36,552 nt of DNA from a virus. This document shows positions 33,603 to 36,552 of the stretch, one piece after another. Both the position numbers and the translations under genes were made by a program. The notes beneath the pieces were generated by a model, which was not told where the DNA came from, did no database searches, and saw nothing but the letters and a program-made list of their open reading frames with translations. The stretch lies in the UHGV virus genome UHGV-0029170, one strand, 5' to 3'. Positions within the stretch are counted from its first letter, which is position 1. Each line of letters begins with the position of its first letter.

Positions 33603-34093
33603 TACTGTGGGATCTGGAAGCAGAGTTCCCGCCAGTTGCGATGCTCGCGGCCAGTGTTGCCCAGGAAGCAGACTGTTCGCGCAATGTGGCCGTACTGCTC
33701 CGAACCGCGAATCCATTCGCCCAGGTAATCATTCGCGTCGTCGTCATCCGGCAGGCAGTGGCGCGGGCGCATCTTGAATGCGAAGACGTCGCCGTTACCG
33801 TCGATGGCAATGTGGGTGGCCCCGCCCTGGATGGCCGTCTGTGCGGTTGCAGTCGTGGTGCTTTTGTCGATGCCAGCCAGGAAGTTAGAGAATTCGTTCA
33901 TGGCCATGCTCTTTTGCTCCGGCTCCGCCTCGACAAGCAGAAGTGTATCGTTGCCGACCATCGCAAAGAAGATCGCCGCTGTCATATTCGACTTCTTCAC
34001 AATCTTGCCTTCGCGCTTGCGCATCATCACTGCGTCATCTTCCAGCCAGTAAATCAGGCCATTAAGGGTGTTGAGGTATTCGCGAGATTTCAT
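33602..34093 (-). CDS. Hypothetical protein
   Basis: 163 aa; RBS GGAGCA before ATG 34093; first ORF downstream of cassette copy 34110-34169. Confidence 0.45.
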   Translation of the reverse strand: MKSREYLNTLNGLIYWLEDDAVMMRKREGKIVKKSNMTAAIFFAMVGNDTLLLVEAEPEQKSMAMNEFSNFLAGIDKSTTTATAQTAIQGGATHIAIDGNGDVFAFKMRPRHCLPDDDDANDYLGEWIRGSEQYGHIARTVCFLGNTGREHRNWRELCFQIPQ

Positions 34094-34109
34094 TGTGGTG
34101 CTCCGTTGT

Positions 34110-34169
34110 TCGTTTCGATGGGGTTACTATAGCAAGCCGCCCCGATCGTGTTTTAACAAAAAGTGCTAT
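34110..34169 (-). promoter_or_regulatory. Conserved promoter/operator cassette copy (extended -10-like TGCTATAGT)
   Basis: Minus strand: ATAGCACTTTTTGTTAAAACACGATCGGGGCGGCTTGCTATAGTAACCCCATCGAAACGAAC. Confidence 0.5.
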
Positions 34170-34381
34170 TTGAAGTTGTGAACCTGGTTCCCGCCGCTGT
34201 GGTCGTCAATGTCAACGCCGTCGCAGGTGACGTAAAAGCCGCGAATTACGGTGAAGCGCCACTTGCCTAACCAGTGGAAGTATACGCCGTGCTCGCTGCC
34301 ATGGACGGCTTTGGTTGATGAGTATGGGATCGGCATCCCGGCGAAGGTGCGAAGTTTGGTTGTTGCTGAAAATCGTGGCAT
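34166..34381 (-). CDS. Hypothetical protein
   Basis: ORF 34166-34387; start probably ATG 34381 (AGGAGG RBS 7 nt upstream). Confidence 0.4.
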   Translation of the reverse strand: MPRFSATTKLRTFAGMPIPYSSTKAVHGSEHGVYFHWLGKWRFTVIRGFYVTCDGVDIDDHSGGNQVHNFK

Positions 34382-34450
34382 GGCCATTCCTCCTGGCGTT
34401 TGCCGTGCTGGTGGTGGGAATATAGCGCCACCGAAGCGGCGCTATTGTGA

Positions 34451-34558
34451 TTATTTACCCTGGCGCGCAAGGTAGCGCTCTTTGAGTTTCTGCCAGTGCC
34501 AGCGCATAACGTGTTCGTTATGGTAGTTGCTGGTTGAATATGGATTCTTCTTGCTCAT
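34451..34558 (-). CDS. Very small basic protein, about 35 aa (not in ORF track)
   Basis: Hand translation MSKKNPYSTSNYHNEHVMRWHWQKLKERYLARQGK; GGAG 8 nt upstream of ATG 34558; fills gap between neighbouring genes. Confidence 0.25.
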   Translation of the reverse strand: MSKKNPYSTSNYHNEHVMRWHWQKLKERYLARQGK

Positions 34559-34575
34559 CTTCATCTCCAGGTTGC

Positions 34576-34761
34576 TTACTTGATTCGAACTTCAACTTCA
34601 ATGTCGGACTGCGGCGCGAAGAGTTGGGCCTTTCCATTAACGCGAATGGTAAGAATGTTCCCCTTGCGATCTGCTGCGAGAACCAGGCGAAACTTGCCAG
34701 CAAACTTAACCATCATTCCCGGCTTAACTTCGCTCATCTTGATAACCTTATCCATCTTCAT
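34576..34761 (-). CDS. Hypothetical small protein
   Basis: Start set to ATG 34761 (MKMDKVIKM...) with GAGGTGA RBS; first ORF downstream of cassette copy 34770-34830. Confidence 0.4.
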   Translation of the reverse strand: MKMDKVIKMSEVKPGMMVKFAGKFRLVLAADRKGNILTIRVNGKAQLFAPQSDIEVEVRIK

Positions 34762-34769
34762 CACCTCAG

Positions 34770-34830
34770 TTCGTTGTCGATGGGTAAATAATACCGGATC
34801 TCGCCATCGGCGTTTTAGCAAAAAGTGCTA
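34770..34830 (-). promoter_or_regulatory. Conserved promoter/operator cassette copy
   Basis: Minus strand: ATAGCACTTTTTGCTAAAACGCCGATGGCGAGATCCGGTATTATTTACCCATCGACAACGAAC. Confidence 0.5.
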
Positions 34831-35037
34831 TCTTTCCACCTCGTGCATATCGCCAACCGAAAGATAATAAGCGATATCAAGGCGGCTCATTGTGGGATGA
34901 GGCCAGCCGCATTCATGCCAGATAACATCGCCCTCGCCTTTAGTCCACATGGTTTCGCCATCCCAGCGCCAAAGGCGGTTATTGAGGCGCGATCCGTAGA
35001 CCGCGCCAGGTTTTACATCGCTCGCCTTAAAATTCAT
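34828..35037 (-). CDS. Hypothetical protein
   Basis: ORF 34828-35088; likely start at internal ATG 35037 (MNFKASDVKPG...). Confidence 0.35.
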   Translation of the reverse strand: MNFKASDVKPGAVYGSRLNNRLWRWDGETMWTKGEGDVIWHECGWPHPTMSRLDIAYYLSVGDMHEVER

Positions 35038-35179
35038 AATCGACAACCCCGAACTCGTTAACGATCTGCGCCTTGTAAAAGCCACCATTTGCCGCCAGAT
35101 TGTAGCACGCCGCCACGGTCTCGAACTCGCGCACTTCCGGCTTGCTGTTTTCGTGTTCCCAGGTAATCAGAGTAATCAT
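35027..35179 (-). CDS. Hypothetical small protein, about 50 aa
   Basis: Start set to ATG 35179 (MITLITWEH...) with GAGGAAACC RBS, because ORF-track start lies inside the upstream cassette. Confidence 0.35.
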   Translation of the reverse strand: MITLITWEHENSKPEVREFETVAACYNLAANGGFYKAQIVNEFGVVDYEF

Positions 35180-35191
35180 TTCGGTTTCCTC

Positions 35192-35255
35192 GGTTCGTTG
35201 TCGATGAAGAGATAATACCCGATCGCTCTGACCGGGTTTTAACAAAAAGTGCTAT
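35192..35255 (-). promoter_or_regulatory. Conserved promoter/operator cassette copy
   Basis: Minus strand: ATAGCACTTTTTGTTAAAACCCGGTCAGAGCGATCGGGGTATTATCTCTTCATCGACAACGAAC. Confidence 0.5.
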
Positions 35256-35557
35256 TGCGGGCAGTCGAGGCTAATGATGTTGTCGGCCTCATCGGCCATC
35301 ATCGCCAGGACGTTCGACGCGCCGATGAATTCCGGCTTCGTCACTGCCTGGCCCGTCTCGGTGATGTGCTGAATGTAAGATTCAGATTCCGGGAGAAATG
35401 ACATTAACAGCAAGTCGGCTGTAACGCATTCCAGGGCGGTTGGATTTTCGTCGTCCGATGCAGTGGCAATGGCTGCGATAACCTCCTGCTCGCTGATTGG
35501 CGTGTCGCCCAGGCGCATCGGTGCCGCCGGGTCGTTTTGGTCTGGATATAGTTTCAT
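35252..35557 (-). CDS. Hypothetical acidic protein
   Basis: 101 aa, net charge about -14; second gene of the minus-strand array. Confidence 0.45.
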   Translation of the reverse strand: MKLYPDQNDPAAPMRLGDTPISEQEVIAAIATASDDENPTALECVTADLLLMSFLPESESYIQHITETGQAVTKPEFIGASNVLAMMADEADNIISLDCPQ

Positions 35558-35559
35558 GG

Positions 35560-36093
35560 TTATTCTCCTGTGATTTTGGCTTTCAGTGCCATTGTGTAAC
35601 CGTTGTAAAGCAGGCCTTTTGGCATCACTTCGTCAATGATGGCAAGGCATCTTTCCCGCTCAGAGGTAGCGCCCTGCTTTCTGTACGCTTCCGCCTCCAT
35701 GTGCGAGCCAGTCATTGCGTCGAACTCGGTAAAGACGGAGATTAACCCCACCCCCAGGCTCACGCGCAACACCTCGCCCGGCTCCAGGAGTTTCAGCAAC
35801 GGCCTGCGGAAATGGTTGTCGACAGGATGAACGCCGAACTTCTCCGCGAACTCCTCCGCCGTCATCTGGATACGCCGCCCGCCATCCAGGAACATGCGCC
35901 GGATCTCGGAAGAGCGGTTGCCAGTGAATGTGCCTTCCGGCTTCGCGGCTTCCTGGCTCCGCCCGGCTGGCCTGGTGGCGTCACCAAACGTGATGGATTG
36001 CAGCCATTCATGGTACGCGGCCTGTTTTTCTGCGTCGTACTGCATCCACTCGGACACGTCGACTTCCTCGAACTCATAACCTTTATATTGCAT
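35560..36093 (-). CDS. Hypothetical protein, first gene of the minus-strand small-gene array
   Basis: ORF 35560-36108; likely start ATG 36093 (MQYKGYEFEE...) with GGGGGAA RBS; no recognisable motif. Confidence 0.45.
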   Translation of the reverse strand: MQYKGYEFEEVDVSEWMQYDAEKQAAYHEWLQSITFGDATRPAGRSQEAAKPEGTFTGNRSSEIRRMFLDGGRRIQMTAEEFAEKFGVHPVDNHFRRPLLKLLEPGEVLRVSLGVGLISVFTEFDAMTGSHMEAEAYRKQGATSERERCLAIIDEVMPKGLLYNGYTMALKAKITGE

Positions 36094-36287
36094 GTGTTTC
36101 CCCCACATTTACGGCGTTTGTGTGTGTTTGGTAAGGCTATCTTACTGGCTCAAGGCCTTGTCGTCAAAGGGTTTGTGCGTGTGTGGTAAGATTCGGAAGC
36201 ATCCCCTATATACCCCTTTACATATATCGCGCGGCGGAACATCTAAAATTTACGGCTCTCGCAAGATGATTCCGGTAGCCATGCCGG

Positions 36288-36420
36288 GAGAAATCTTACC
36301 AAACATATATAGATAGAGAGAGTAATAATAATAATATTGTTATTTATCATATACTTATATATTTATTATAGTCTTATATTGGTCACTTTTTGTGCAATTT
36401 TCAGGTAAGATTTTTCCTCC
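36288..36420. repeat. AT-rich core flanked by inverted GGAGAAATCTTACC / GGTAAGATTTTTCC arms; partial inverted copy of 2367-2452
   Basis: 36288-36357 matches the reverse complement of 2367-2452 over ~70-85 bp (shared GGAGAAATCTTACCAA...AATAATAATAATATTRTTATTTATCATATACTTA); second arm at 36404-36417. Confidence 0.5.
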
Positions 36421-36552
36421 CCCACATTCCCACACGACGCAAGTGTTGGTGAAACACACCTGACGTTTTGCTGGCTTCGAGCGGCAAATTATGTGCATGG
36501 TGCATACATCTATGCAATTCGTTGCACATCATGAAGCACTCCATCATCACAT

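Noticed and set aside
28726-34132. Long plus-strand ORFs in the small-gene region (28726-29142, 29203-29688, 30645-31073, 32601-33056, 33596-34132 and others)
   Set aside because: They lie antisense to minus-strand ORFs that have RBSs, stop/start coupling and cassette promoters; their translations are Arg/Ser/Pro/Ala-rich, typical of shadow frames. No RBS or promoter signal supports them.
29559-35255. CRISPR array or integron attC-like cassette array as explanation for the regularly recurring ~60-bp repeats
   Set aside because: Repeats are separated by variable 0.4-1.2 kb protein-coding units rather than 30-40 bp spacers, contain promoter-like hexamers and RBS-proximal sequence, and no cas or integrase gene is present. 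Promoter/operator cassettes are the better fit.
1-36552. tRNA genes, rRNA, integrase/attachment site, toxin-antitoxin pairs
   Set aside because: No cloverleaf-compatible ~75-nt segments with conserved GTTC/T-loop features were seen in intergenic regions; no tyrosine/serine recombinase-like ORF; cannot exclude small RNAs without a covariance-model search.

Overview
The window looks like most of the genome of a tailed dsDNA phage with a lambda-like tail module; the overall organisation resembles T1-like (Drexlerviridae) siphoviruses, but that assignment is from memory of motifs, not from a search. On the plus strand at the left end are an HTH protein, a primase-like zinc-ribbon protein, an AT-rich iteron-bearing non-coding region (ori-like), a PD-(D/E)xK exonuclease, an Erf annealing protein, an SSB-like protein and a mosaic lateral tail fibre/tailspike. 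A partial helicase runs off the left edge on the minus strand. The minus strand from about 36.1 kb down to 7.5 kb is one transcriptional direction: about 27 small genes of unknown function (28-36 kb), then terminase, portal, head, tail, tape-measure and J-type central fibre genes. The most striking signal is non-coding: at least 11 copies of a conserved ~60-bp promoter/operator-like cassette (dyad TAGCA-N5-TGCTA, a GC-rich inverted repeat, a TATAGT/CATAAT-like hexamer) in front of most small-gene units, plus two AT-rich GGTAAGAT-iteron regions that are partial inverted copies of each other. I found no tRNA, rRNA, CRISPR array, integrase or recognisable lysis cassette. All protein calls rest on motif recognition by eye and gene order; none was checked against a database.
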